A DNA stretch of 64,000 nt from the human T2T-CHM13v2.0 reference genome, Homo sapiens: assembly GCF_009914755.1 (NCBI RefSeq), contig NC_060939.1. One strand, given 5' to 3'. How positions within the stretch are numbered: the first letter of the stretch is position 1; every line of letters starts with the position of its first letter. Positions 1 to 19,220 of this stretch are shown piece by piece. The position numbers and the translations under genes are program-made. Below the pieces are notes generated by a model. The model did no database searches. It saw only the letters and a list, made by a program, of their open reading frames with translations, and was not told the origin of the DNA.

Positions 1-22
1 TACAAAAACCGAACAGGGATAG

Positions 23-355
<333 letters not shown>

Positions 356-1039
356 TCATTGTAGTGACCCAGGCTGATGGCACTGCCATCACCTCTACTC
401 TGCCAATTACTGTGCCAGTGGGAAAGAGAGCTCTGGAAGACCTCAAACCACATTTAAACATTCTGACTTGAAAGTGGTACATATAAGCTTTGCTTACATG
501 GCCCCCAGCAATCATGAGGGGACAGGGAAGTACAATCTTACCATGTAAAAGGAAGTTGGAGAGCTAGACATGTTTTAAAACAGCATTAATGACCATCACA
601 TACCTAAAGGGGAGAAAGCATTTGGCTGACTTTCAGATTTTTCCCTATACAGATATTCAATGCAAAAGAGAATAACATATCATCTATAAACCCCTAAGAG
701 AAAGTTTCCTCAAGAATTCTGCACCCAGGGGGAAAAATGATGTAGAACATTATTCCAGAACATTATTCCAGATTCTGCTGAGGATGGAGAAAGCTGGAAA
801 GAACATTGCCCCACCATTACAACAACAAGAAGAAGACATTGGGTTCTGCAAATTCCCAACTTAAGGTGAACCCATCAGACAGCTGAGGTCACAGGACAGC
901 AAATTCTAAGGAAAAGACAGAGTCTCCAAGGAGAGACATGAGCACTTACCTGGGGCGTATGCAGTCAGATACCAGCTCTAGTGGAAAAGGTGGACAAGAT
1001 GGAAGATCACTGAGGTAAGGTAGCAGAGAGGTGGAAGCA

Positions 1040-2570
1040 ATGAGGAAGAGTCAAATGCAAATACTAGGAATTAAAAACAGGCACAGAGATGAAGAATGCC
1101 TTTGATAGACAGGGTCGGCAGTGGACTGGACACAGTTGAGGAAAAAATGACCAAGTGGGGTTTATCTTGGGAATGCAAGGCTGGCTTACCACTCAAAAGT
1201 CAGTGTTATTCACCATTTGAGTGGACTGAAGAAGATAATGTATAGCAACATCTAAGCAGACGTAGTAAAAGACTGATAAAATTCAACAGCCATTCGTGGT
1301 ATTAAAAACAAAACAAAAACCACTCTCAGCAAACTAGGAATAGGAGGGTACTTCTACAACCTGATAATAAACATCTATGAAAAACTTAGCGCTAACATTA
1401 TACTTAATCCCTAAAAGCAGGAACAAGAGAAGGACATCTGTTCTCACCATATCTATTCAACACTCTACGGGGCGGTCTAGTCAGTGTAATAAAACAGGGA
1501 AAAGAAGTAAGGGGCATCCAGATTGCAATGTGTGCTGATTTATTTTAGGTGTCAACTTGACTGGATGAAGGATACTCGAGAACTGGCAAAGCATTGTTTC
1601 TGGGTGTGTCTGTGAGGGTGTTTCCAGAGGAGATTGGTGTGTGAGTCTGTGAACTGAGTGGGGAAGATCCACCCTCAATGTTGGGGGGCAACATCTGATC
1701 GTCTGGGGACCTGGATAGAACAAAAAGGCAGAGGAAAAGCGAATTATTTTCTTTTGCTCTTCTGGAGCTGAGACACCCTTTCCTGCCCTTGGACATCAGA
1801 ACTTCAGGCTCTCTGGCCTTTGGACCCTGGGACTCACACTGGTGCAACCACTCCCCGCAGGTTCTTGGCCTTGGACTGAGAGTTCCACCATTGGTTTCCC
1901 TGGTTCTGAGGCCTTTTGACTTCGACTGAGCCAAACTCCCAGCTTTCCAGGGTCTCCAGCTTGCAGATGGGACTGTCATAGGACTTCTTAGTCTCCATGG
2001 TAATGTGAGCAATTCTTTCAATAAATTCCCTCTCACCTATCTGTATCTGTCCTATTGGCTCTGTCTGGAGAATGGAAGACGTAAAATTGCCTCTCTTTGC
2101 ATAGCACATGACTGTCTACATAAGAAAACCCAAAGAATCTGCAAAAGAGCTACCAGAACTGAGTTTAGTCAAGACCACAGGATACAAGATTGGTAACAAA
2201 AATCAAATTTCTATGTGCTAGCAGTGAATAAGAGACCATTAAAAAATACCATTAGGATAGCACCAATAAATGTGGAATACTTTAAGCATAACTATTACAA
2301 AATATGTTAAGATCTATATACTGAAATTTACACAAGACTGATGAAAAAAAGAAACACTGAAGAAATGAAGTATGACTTAAATAAATGAAGAACTAGATCA
2401 TGAATATGTCAAGTCTCTTCAAAGTGACATGTGGACTCCATGCAATCTCAATTAAAATCCCAGCAGGATTCTAGTAGAAAATGCACAAGTGGATTCTAAA
2501 ATTTATATGGAATTACAAAGGAAATGATAGCTAAGACAATTCTGAAAAGCAACAAAATTGGACGACAGCA
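1040..2570 (+). mobile_element. Old L1M fragments interrupted by an MLT2 LTR
   Basis: Degenerate ORF2-like text (ccaagtggggtttatcttgggaatgcaaggctgg; aaaacccaaagaatctgcaaaa). Confidence 0.7.
1529..2072 (+). mobile_element. MLT2-family (ERVL) LTR
   Basis: tgtcaacttgactggat...tctgggtgtgtctgtgagggtgtttccagaggagatt; ends cctattggctctgtctggagaa. Confidence 0.8.
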
Positions 2571-3629
2571 ATAAACAGATACTCGCTTCCAATAGTCCCT
2601 GGTCCTCTTGATCTCAGATGAAAGTCAGTCCCTGCCAAGGCTGTTGCTCCTTGCATAGGCCCTCAGGTGGGGGACAGGGGCAGGCTGCCTCTTCTCCTAG
2701 CACCTAAGCCACTGCTGCCACTTCCAGACCATTGGCCTCACACCTTAATCACAACTCCTGCCTCCTTTGAGCCTCCTGCCACCAGTTTTGATAGTTCCTA
2801 TCTCTAAGTAGGCTTTGTACACAAATTCATGAGGGAGTTTAAAATAGTGTAGTCTTTCCTTTGCTTTCAACTCTTACCAGTGTCCTGGGCAATCTGAATA
2901 CCCATGGGGATGTGCCATGCATTCAGCTAGGCTCCCAGCCTTCCCTGGAACTTCTTGACTTCAGTGGCCTTTACTCTATGCCGTTTTTGCCACCTCATAC
3001 CAAGGGCTTTTCTCACCAATGTACCAGAACAGTGAATAAGAGTGAGACTGCAAGGTCACCAGCTCCCCCTAGACCTGAGACTGCATTCTTAGAGACAGTG
3101 TTGTTTTTTCACCAGCATTACCTTTCAAGCCACAGTCACTGCTGCAGGGGCTGGAGAGTCATGAAAACCGGGTCCTGCATCCCATGAGTGAAGGCGTTCA
3201 AGGGGGACGCCAGGACCTTAGAGGAGCCTGTTGAACACCCCAACCAGCCAACTGAGGAACGGGAGGTAACGTGAGGCCCAAATGCATCCCCATACTCAAG
3301 AAAACATTCCCAGGTTGAAGAAGTGACTTAGCAGTTGTCAGAATGAGATCGCAGAGTGAGCAACGGCTGCCCGTGTCCCCTCCCAGGAGGGCTGTGAAAG
3401 GCCACAGCAGACCTCAGGCACTGACCCAGGCAGGCTCCAGGATGCAGTGAGGTAGAATGTGGGCGTAGGTAATGTGGGCAGCATGAAATACCTGGTCCCA
3501 TGATGGGATGGGCCCTGGAGTGCTGCAGTTCTTGATTCCTCCAACCCCGCTGCATCTGTCACTCTGGTGAGCTGCTGGGACCATCCAACTTGGACCATTC
3601 CTCCGTGCAAAACATGACAGGCGCTGTGA

Positions 3630-4313
<684 letters not shown>

Positions 4314-4752
4314 TAAAACACTCGGAAGAAAAAATAAAATAATATAAACAATTTTTCCAAATCACTTTTTTTTTAAACATCAAATGCTACACATAAGAAT
4401 AGACTCCCAGGGGAGACTGTCTGATTTTTTTCCTCCAAATATCTTTTAAAAAGCAAAATAAATCCCCATTTGTTCCCTGATGGTATAACAGCCAAAAATG
4501 TCAGAAAAGCCGTAGAATGATCCCATCATCATTTGTAAAGACCTCTTTCAACCATTTGCATCCGAATTTGCAGATGTCAGAGGTAGGACAATGAAATGGC
4601 AAAAATGCAAAGTGAGATCCAGAAAGCAACACTTTCAAAATCAAAATATATAATCCTTTCAAATGTTCTCTGGAAAGATATTCCCTCTTGCACTGAACCT
4701 ACCCCGGGAAGTTAAGAGCTGAAAGGAATCTATATGTTAATAAGGCTTCCTA

Positions 4753-4944
<192 letters not shown>

Positions 4945-5683
4945 CTAGACAGAGGAACACAGACAGACCTCACCGTTAACAGGCATTCGACCCCCGAGGG
5001 TACGCGTGAGTGACACAGTTCAGAACACAGGAAAATGGCTCAGTTCAAAGGAGCCTGTTTCAGTGTGTTTAAGTAGTACAGCAAAAACAATTTCTATTGA
5101 CCCAGGCCATCAGGAGGACTTCAAATTCCTATCTTAACAGCAATGTATAGAAAAAGCAAAAGTACATTTGAAGAAACTTAAGCTATACATTAGAGAAAAT
5201 GGCAGGTGGATTACAAAATGAGATAAAGGTAAATAGATTGAAAGTCACTCATGCTGATGTATGCACGGAGATGTGCTATCCTAGCTCTGTGCCTTGGCTC
5301 ATTCTCCTTCCACAGTCAGAAATTTCCTGCCTCACTTCATGGCCTATCAAACTCCTGCTCATCCATCAAGACCCAACTCCAGCGCCACCCTCGAGGCCTT
5401 GTCTGGTTTTCCTGCCTCACTGCTACTGAAGACTGACTTTATCCAGCTACAGGTGCATCTTATCACCACAGTATTGACAATGGCAACAAGTTGTAGGTGT
5501 TCAATAAATGCTGAATGAATAAAAACGGCTTGGAAAATGGAAAACCATGGAAGAAAAAAATGCATTTCAAGTATTTTAAAAAGCAGTGTTAGACGAAGAG
5601 AGAGTATGAGAGTCTCAGTGAGAGGGAAGAGAACAGAGTTACCAGTGCCTAGGAGAAAAGCAGCTTTAAAAAAGTAAAGTCCT

Positions 5684-6180
<497 letters not shown>

Positions 6181-7999
6181 TTATTCAAAATAACACTGAA
6201 CATGAAACAAGTTATTTTCCTTAGACTAAGAAGTGCCCTGCTTTCCAATAGATAATATGTTTACAGCAGCCAACTCGAAGTACAAATACTTTTCAGACAA
6301 ATATTGGCCATTTATAACCATAACAAATAATTTTTCATTGCATGAATATTGCTGAGACTGAGGCCATACTTATAAAACCTCCAGGTATCAACATGTCCGC
6401 CTCTCCTAAATACTGGGGGAGGGGTAATGGAGCATCCTCAGAGCCAAGAAATGTGCTGATATTCACCAGAGGAACTCAGCTTAGCTTAAGACTTAGCCCC
6501 TGCCACCCCCTGCTCCATGTCAGGTGGGCTTTGCGAGTGGCTTTCAGCAGGAGAATATGGGTAGAGGTGTCAGCTTGCAGCTTCTGAACTTAAGACCTCC
6601 ACAGGCTTCATGTTTCTGCACCCTCTCCCTGGAACTTCCAATATACAGCAGGAAAAGAACAGATTCCAGGGAGCTGCCAGCTCTCCAGTCCCAGCAGGAA
6701 ACCCGTGGAGCACCCCTGCAGAACTGTTCTGCCCTATGGTACATGCACACACAACATTACTAGGTAAGATCAAACCATTTTTCAAATAATTCAAACAAAT
6801 TATACTCCCACCAATAGGGTGTGAATTCAGGCTAATCCACATCCTCACCAATGCTTGCTAATGTTGGACTTAGACATTTTTGTCCATGCAGTAACTAATA
6901 TAATAGTATCTAATTTGGGGGTGGGTGGGTTTGTTTTCATCTTTCCTCATTTTCTTAACCGTTCATATTGTGAAACCTAACACACATACACAAAAAGTGC
7001 ACAAAGCAAACATATTCAGTTCAATGATTTATCATTAAGCAAGCACCCACCGGCCCATGGCCATGTTCCTAAAAGGCCTTCCATGCCTCATTCCCTGTCA
7101 TTCCTCCCACTTGCTGCACCAAAAGCTCACCACATTCCTTACTTTTTAAATAATCACTTCTAGGCTTCCACCTTTATACATTTACCACTATAGTTTAGTT
7201 TCACCTGGTTTTCTAACTTGATACAAATAGAATCATACAATATTTTTAGTATTTGGCATCTTTCATTCAAAATTACAAGATTCATCTACCTTACTGCATA
7301 TAAATATAGTTGATCATGTTCACTGTTGTATATTACATTGTGTGAATATGCTGCCATTTATGTATCTATTCTCTTGTCACGGGACGTTTGGATTGTTGCT
7401 AATTTTTTTGCAATAAGATTAATGCTGTTTGATATTCTGTACTAGTCTGCTGGTACATACATGTGCATATTTCTTTTGGGTACAAAATACCTATTGATCA
7501 GAGCTGCTGGGTCCCTGGGGATTTTCAGCTTTAGCAGAGAATACAAAGCCACTTTCCAAAGTGGCTGTACCAATTTACACACTCACCAGCACTGTTCGAG
7601 GGTCCCCATTACTCCACATCCTGGCTTGTGCTTGTTTTAGTCTTTTTAATTTTAGATAAGAAAGTACTGGAAGAGGTACTTCTTCCTTGAAATGAGGGAC
7701 TAAGCCAAGAAAAAAAGGGAAGATGGGATCTAACACAGAAAAGAGATAGAGGAAGTTCTAAGAGAATGGGAAAAGGATGTCCTAGCATGGTAAATATATA
7801 GACTGCCTATAGGCTGACTTGTTCAGACTGAAGCAGGAAACAGGCTCAATGGAAACGTCTCTAAGAAAATGAAGCTGACAGAACGCCTGATGGGTAGGAC
7901 TGTATTCAGAGGAGATTTTCAGTTCTCCTGGGAAGTTTGAGAGTAAATTAGGAACAGAGACACTAAACAAATAATAAAACAATTTTAACTCAGCATAAA

Positions 8000-10720
<2,721 letters not shown>

Positions 10721-10849
10721 TTTTAATTTTATTTTTAGTTGAGAAATAATTCTATATTACATATTTATGGGGTACAGTGTGATGTCTTAGTAATGTTTAC
10801 ATTGCAGAATGATTGAATCAAGCTAATTCACAAATCACCTCCCATTTTA

Positions 10850-11960
<1,111 letters not shown>

Positions 11961-13179
11961 GATATATTTATCTTTTTGTGGTGAAAACATTTAAAATCTA
12001 CTCTTAAGCAATTTTGAAATATACGAGGCATTATTTATTTTAGTCATCATTTTGTGAAATAGATCACTAAAACTTACTCCAATCTAACTGAAATTTTGTA
12101 CCCTTTGATCTATATCCTCTTTGGCTTCAACTGTTTCCCTTTGCTGTGATCAACTGGACAGGAGTCCAGCTCTCCTGAAACAGTTCACTCTCCCACGTCT
12201 CAAAAACATTCAAGGAATTATCTCATATGATCACATCTCTAGGCTAGGCATTAAGATTGAAGTAGCTATCATAAATGGCAAGACATTTTCCTCAGTCTGA
12301 AGGATCATCCGGGGAAAGGGAGGGGAGATCAGCTTGTCTGGAAAGCATGATTTATCAAATAAAATAACCCTTCAATGACCCCAGGGAATAGACATCCAAA
12401 TAAATCTTTTCCATCAGTTATTTCACTGAGTTTGTGATTAATTCTTAGGAAAATTCTGAAAACCTCCTGGTTAGTTCCCTGACCTCGACATCTGGGTGTG
12501 CAGGCGGCTGACAGATTTATTTTAAGAGTACCCCTCAGTGTTCGGGTCATTGGGAACGACACCGCAGAGCTTTGCAAATGAGGCCACAGTAATTTTTCAC
12601 AAATCTCTTTGGGGCACTTAACAGCTAGCCTGCCCCCCTTATTTATGGTCTATCAGCCTGTCTGGGAGTAGAAAGGGCTTATACAACAAAAAGAGGGGGA
12701 TGCCCCCACGATTCTCTTACAGAAGTACAAATGGGATGGGTATGTGACCTTCAGATATTCTCAAAGGGAAGGCAGTGTGGGAAGGCTGAGCATGTAGGCA
12801 GAGCAGGGCAGAGGGCTGGGAAGAGGCTGGCATGTGTCAAGCCCGAGAACTTACAGTGGGCACACCAAGGCCAGTATCCTTGGATGTGAGGAGCCTGTTT
12901 CGAGGAGGAAGGAGGCGCAGCACGGGTGACAGAGTCAGACTACTCACAGTCCTAACTGCCATGGAGTGACCCAGGACAAGCCATGTGACCTCTCTGGGCT
13001 TCAGGTTCCCGGACCCCAGTGAGGATCAAATGAGATTAGACAGGTAAAAATGCAGAGTGCCAACGCTATTTGCCGGTGTTATTGATGTTGCTATTATTTA
13101 CATTAAAGAAAAAATTTGTAGAAACTAGACCCTAAGTTTTCTTCCCAAAGGTTCAAACAAAGCTACAAAAACTAGACCC

Positions 13180-14180
13180 TAATTTTTAAATTGTGGTAAA
13201 ATACACACAACATAAAATTTACCATCTTCACCATTTGTCGGCATACAGTTCAGTGGCATTAAACATATTCACCTCGTTGTGCTACCATCACCACCATCCA
13301 CCTCCACAACTTTTTCATCTTTCCAAACTGAAACTCTGTCACCACTAAACAAATCCCCATTCCCTCTCCCACAGGCCCCCAACAACTCCCATTCTACTTT
13401 CTCTCTCTGTGGATTCACTACTCCAGGTACCTCCTGCAAGTGGAATCAGGCAGTATTTGTCCTTTTGTGGCTGGCCTATTTCACTCAGCATGTCTTCAAG
13501 GTTCATCCATGTGGTAGCACGTGTCGAGATTTCCTTCCTTTTTAAGGCTGAAGAATGTTCTATCAGATGCATCTACCATATTTTCTTGATAATTCATCTG
13601 TAGATGGACACCTGGGATGTTTTCAGCTCTTGGCTGCTGTGAATAATGCTGCTATGAACATGGGTGTGCACATATCTATTTGAGTCCCTGCTTTCAATTA
13701 TTTGGGTAAATTCCCAGAAGGGGAATTGCTGGATCATGTGGCAATTCTCTGTTTAATGATTTAAGAAAATGTCATAATGTTTTCCACAGCAGCTGTGCCA
13801 TTTTACGTTCCACCAAGAGTGTACAAGGCTTCCAACTTCTCTACATCCTCACCAACACTTATTTTCTGGGTTTTCAAAAAATCATAGTCATTGCAGTGGG
13901 TGTCAGGTGGTATCTCACTCTGGTTTCGAGTTGCATTTCCCTAACCATTAGTGATGTTGTGCACCTTTTCATGTGCTTACTGGCCATTTGTATATATTAT
14001 TTGGAGAAATATCTATTCAAATCCTTTGCCTGTTTTCAAATTGGGTTGTTTGTGTTCTTGTTGAGCTGTAGGAGTTCTTTATACATTCCGGATAGTAACC
14101 TCTTATCAACTATACAATTGGTAAATATTTTCACCCACGGAGCCTCTTCTGTTGATTGTGTTCTGTGATGAACAGAAGTC
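13180..14180 (-). mobile_element. L1MB 3' end
   Basis: aattgtggtaaaatacacacaacataaaatttaccatc..., typical antisense L1MB 3'UTR. Confidence 0.8.
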
Positions 14181-14444
14181 AATTCAACTTTTTGAATACT
14201 TGTAGGTTTCCATCACTTTCACAAAAACTGTCAGTAACCTGTTGATTTCTCCCTAACCCAGTAATTTTTGCTTCCTTTGTCTCAAGAATGAGCCACCTTA
14301 AGTCTTGCTGCAGAGGTAAGCATCTCACTTGCCTCACTCAGTCCTTGTCCTGCTTTCTGAGCAATGCCACTGTCCTGCAGCATCCCTGCTGGTGGTGGGA
14401 GAGGGTCCCCACAACACCAGCCCCAATGACACAGGACGACATAA

Positions 14445-14796
14445 CTGCCTTTCTCTGGACTACTATTAACAAATACCACAGACGGGGTGGCTTATAAACA
14501 GTAGAAATTTATTTCTCAGAGTTCTGGAGGCTGGGAAGCCCAGGATTAAAACACCAGCAGATTTGGTGTATGGTGACATCCTGGTTCACAGATGGATCAC
14601 TGTGTCCTCACCTGGCAGAAGAGACAAGGCAGTTTTCTGGGACTTCTATTATAAAGGCACTAACCCACTCATGCGGGCTCCACCCACATGACCTAATCAC
14701 CTCCCAAGGACCCCACCTCCTAATACCATCACCATGGAGGTTAGAATTTCAACATAGAAATTCGGGGGTGGGGGACACAAACATTCAGACCACAGC
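14445..14796. mobile_element. MaLR LTR (MLT1A/MST-like)
   Basis: aacaaataccacagac...ttctggaggctgggaag...cattcagaccacagca. Confidence 0.75.
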
Positions 14797-15480
14797 AAAA
14801 ACCCTTATGCTGGTGATGCTCAAGGCACTTAAAGGCACTGGTAAGACCCCAAAAACTCCAGTAATCACAGTGCAACATGGGTGGACCCTGATGACATTAT
14901 GCTAAGTCAAAGAGGCCAGATACCACAGATCACACCCCGCATGATTCCATTCAACATCCAGAACAGAAAAACCCACAGGGACAGAAACCAGCTTAGCAGT
15001 TGTCTGGGACTCAGTCGGGGACAGGGGCCAATCCGGGGTGCGACATAAAGGGTATGGTATGTTTTTTTGAGGTGATGAAAATGCTCTAAAATTGACTGGG
15101 GTGGTGACGCACATACGGTAAATATACTAAGAAAACACTGAATTTTACACTTTAAGTGGGTGAATTGTATGATACGTGAATTATATCACAATAAAGGTGT
15201 TTCAGAAAAAAATTACCACCACACGTAATTACTAACTCATTTAGTTTGGTTTTAATCCCTTCCGTGTTCTGCCTAAACGTTTTATATTCACACACGTGTC
15301 ACCAACATCGACAGTTTGGGACCAATCAAAACTACCTTCACCACTGTCTCCCCGGCATAAACTCAGGGCCAACATAGACATGCTCCGTAGGTTGGATGAC
15401 ACGGAGCCACTTTCCCGCGAGTGGCTCAAAGCTACTCGCCAAGCAGCTCCTGCAGCAGTGCCCTCAGCCAGCCCCTCCAG

Positions 15481-16276
15481 CTCTTCCTTACTCCAGAGCA
15501 TCAAGGACTGGGCACCTTTTTGTTCCTGGAGAGATGCTGAATGCAGTCCCTGCCAGACCTGAGGACAAAGCCGGCCCATTATTGGGGTGTTTCCCCTGTG
15601 CTACACACTAGGCGTGGAAGCATTTGGACTGGCATTGTGTCCAGAATTGGTTCCCGCCCGTGGCTTCCTGGTCTCACCGACTTCAAGAATGAGGCCGCAG
15701 ACGTTCCCAGCGAGTGTTACAGCTCTTAAAGATTGCACGAACCCAAAGAGTGAGTGATAACAAAGTTTATTACGAAGAGCAAGAGAACAGATCTTCCACC
15801 TCCTACGAGCGGTGTGCCGCTGCCGGTTGGGGGGCGGGGGGGTGGCCAGCTTTTATTCCCTTATTTGTCCCCGCCCATGTTCTGTTTCTGTCCTATCAGA
15901 ATGCCCTTTTCTCAATCCTCCCCCACGATTGGCTACTTTTAGAATCCTGCTGATTGGTGCATTTTACAGAGCGCTGATTAGTGCATTTTACAGAGCGCTG
16001 ATTGGTGCATTTTACAAACCTAGCTATAGGGTGCTGATTGGTGCGTTTTACAATCCCCTGGTAAGTCAGAAAAGTTCTCCAAGTCCCCACTCCACCCAGG
16101 AAGTCCAGCTGGCTTCACCTCTCTCTTCCTTACTCCAGAGCACGAGGGACTGGGCACCTGTTTGTTCCTGGAGAGGTGCTAAATCCAGTCCCTGCCAGGC
16201 CTGGGGACAAAGCCAGCTCATCACTGGAGGGTTTCCCTGTTCTGCACAATGGGCGTGGAATCATGTGGATGGGCGT
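15481..16276 (+). repeat. ~155-bp direct repeat flanking the LTR (15481-15635 and 16123-16276)
   Basis: Manual alignment gives about 25 differences in ~155 nt (~84% identity). Confidence 0.9.
15636..16123 (-). mobile_element. Solo LTR12-family (ERV9) short LTR, LTR12B/F-like
   Basis: tgtgtccagaattgg...repeated gctgattggtgcattttaca...ccagctggcttcacctctc. The terminal A of the expected ...ctctca end is absent. Confidence 0.8.
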
Positions 16277-17519
16277 GTCACTGAGGGATCCCCCCAGCCT
16301 CCCCACTAGGTTGGGAATGCAGCCATCAGTGGGGGTCACCCCACCTTCCCTGCCAAGCTAGGGACACAAACCCCCACGCTGGCCCCTCCTAGCCTGTAGC
16401 CCCCCTGTCCCCTGGGGGGCTTACAAATGCCGGGACTTCTGAGAACTGAGACTGCCTTTTGTGTCCCCTACAGCAGGGATGGCAAACACAGACCACACAT
16501 CCCACCATTTCCCTCTTTTGCTTTCACCCTCCCCTCCCCCCACCCTGAGTCCAGATAACAGCCTTAGAATCCTACTCAACACACTGTTCTGGGCACTTAA
16601 TGCCAGGCAGAGGAAGCTGGCACACAACGTGAAACCTACTTGCCATCCCTGTCCTACCTATAAGTAGATAGGGCCAAAAATAGGAGAAAATAAAATGTTT
16701 ATGACCAAATACATAAAGACATTGTAAAATGTTGATGCTTGCTAGGAGGGAATTAGCTGACTCCTTAAAAACATGTGTCATCTACTTTGAAATGATCGAG
16801 AAATGCTGGCAAATAGGGCAGCCTCAGAGTGCTCTCAAGCCTCTGCCCAGTGGCAGGGGAAGCAATTCTCTCTGTGCTTCTGCAGGAAGCGACAGCTGAG
16901 GTTTGAGGGAGGCGCCAGCACACCACAGATATCAGATTCCTCAGTAAACAGAACTCACATACACCCCTGGTGGGAGTGAAAATTAATACGAACAACTTCG
17001 GAAAACACACAGTTTGGCAGTATCTACCAAAGCTAAACATACCTATACCTATATACCTATAGGTATACCCTACATCCTATAACCTACAGACTTCCCCTCT
17101 GGTGTAACCAACAGATGGATGTTCATCCAAAGCAATACACGAGAATAGCCATGCCTGTGTATCCACAATAGCCTCACACTGGGAGGAGAGTGGGGAAAAC
17201 AAAACTGCGAGGTACTCACACAATGGAAAATTGGAAACCAGAGCTACTTGCAACAAGATGAGTGAATCTAACCGACATGTTGAATGAAAAAAGCAAGAAA
17301 TAAAAGGGTCAATTACATATGATTCTATTTATAAAGCTGAAAGCCAGGAAGAATTCTTTTGTGACATTAGAAGTTAGGATAGCAGGTGCCCATGAGGAGT
17401 GTGGTATGAGTGACTGGGAGAAGGAGGGGCGGGGCTCCCGGGGATGCTGGAGATGTTTTACTTCTGATCTAAGTGTTGGTTCCATGGGTTTGTTCACCTG
17501 TCAAGAGTTACTAGGTTCA

Positions 17520-17905
<386 letters not shown>

Positions 17906-18344
17906 AATACACAGTAGTCCAGGGGAGAGTCTGTTGCTTATGACTGAGTGGACCTCAAGGCCTGCCTCAGTTTCCCACAGAGAGAGAAGGACCATGGTCA
18001 TGAGGAGACCTTCCAGGGATGGTGGAAGCAAAAGAGAAAGTTGCATTTTGATTTTGGTTCCTCCGCCTGGAAAGTGCGGGTCTCACACAGGGAAAAGGTG
18101 GGCTTCTTCCAAGACTCAGCCTGAGCATCTCCCTCTGCTCTCGGGGACTGAGTTTCCCTCTTCCTGTGAGTCTCTCTGTGCCCTGGTACCCCTGCAGGGT
18201 CACTCTACCCAGCTGTCACCCCCTCAGAGCACAAACTGCTCCCTGGCATCGGGTGGCTGCTCACAACTGACTCTGAAATTAGTGGAAGGATGTAAAAGTA
18301 AAAAGTTGGATGCAAAAGTGTCACCTGGGTTAATTCAACTGGAT

Positions 18345-19220
18345 TGTAAAGGTTTCAAGAAGGTTTTGTATAATGCTTTTTACTTTCTGCATTTTAAGAT
18401 GCTTTGACATCTTGGGGTCTACTAATCCAGGAGAGACTGCCCTCCCAGGGCTAGCTAATTCCTTCAGATAATAAGAAACTCACCTGCAAGCCCACTTTTC
18501 CTATGCAGACCAACCAATCCACAGCCCACACCTCGAACTACACCCTTCATTTAACTCTCACAACTAAGCCACTATTTCCCCTGCCCTAAATCATCCCAGG
18601 GCCAGGTAAGGTACTAGACAACTGGGGGCTACTCCTACAGCCAACAGGTCAAACCAGCCAATTCTCACCTGGGTCAAACGTGCCTGCACATTCTTCCCCA
18701 CAAAAACCACAATAAAGGATCTGGCCCATGCTGTCCCCTAGATCAGGGGTCCCCAAGCCCTGGGCCACAGACCAGTACTGGTCCTTGACCTGTTAGGAAC
18801 TGGGTCTCACAGCAGGAGGCAAGCAGTGGGTGAGCATTATTGCCTGAGCTCCGCCTCCTGTCAGATCATCAGCAGCATTATATTCTCATAGGAGCGCGAT
18901 TCCTATTGTGAACTGTGCATGCAAGGGATCTAGGTTGCACGCTCCTTATAAGAATCTAATGCCTGATGATCTGAGGTGGAACAGTTTCATCTGAAACCAT
19001 CCCTGACCTGGACCCTCCCCCAGTTCATGGAAAAATTGTCTTCCACAAAACTGGTCCATGGTGCCAATATGGTTGGGGACTGCTGCCCTAGATCCCTCTG
19101 AGCTTCTCTGTGTGGTCTTGCCTGGGTAGCACGGCCCTTCCTCTTGGAAACTGCGAGTAATAAACTCTTCTTTCAAAGCAGTGGTCTCTGTGTCTGGCAT
19201 CCCACCGTAATGGACTACAA
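18345..19220 (+). mobile_element. ERV LTR (MER21/MER34-group-like) interrupted by MER1B
   Basis: gacatcttgggg...gactgccctcccagggctagctaattcc...ccaaccaatcc; gagtaataaactcttc near the end. Subfamily uncertain. Confidence 0.55.
18744..19085 (+). mobile_element. MER1B hAT-Charlie MITE
   Basis: Termini caggggtccccaa...ttggggactgctg; perfect 8-bp TSD ccctagat (18736-18743, 19086-19093). Confidence 0.9.

Noticed and set aside
742-772. Small tandem duplications (15 bp here, 18 bp at ~34604-34640, repeats at ~17038-17090 and ~24175-24275)
   Set aside because: Ordinary slippage-type events with no further structure.
15940-16055. Regularly spaced short repeats resembling a CRISPR array (also 32800-33030)
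   Set aside because: Internal CCAAT tandem repeats of LTR12; eukaryotic context and no unique spacers.
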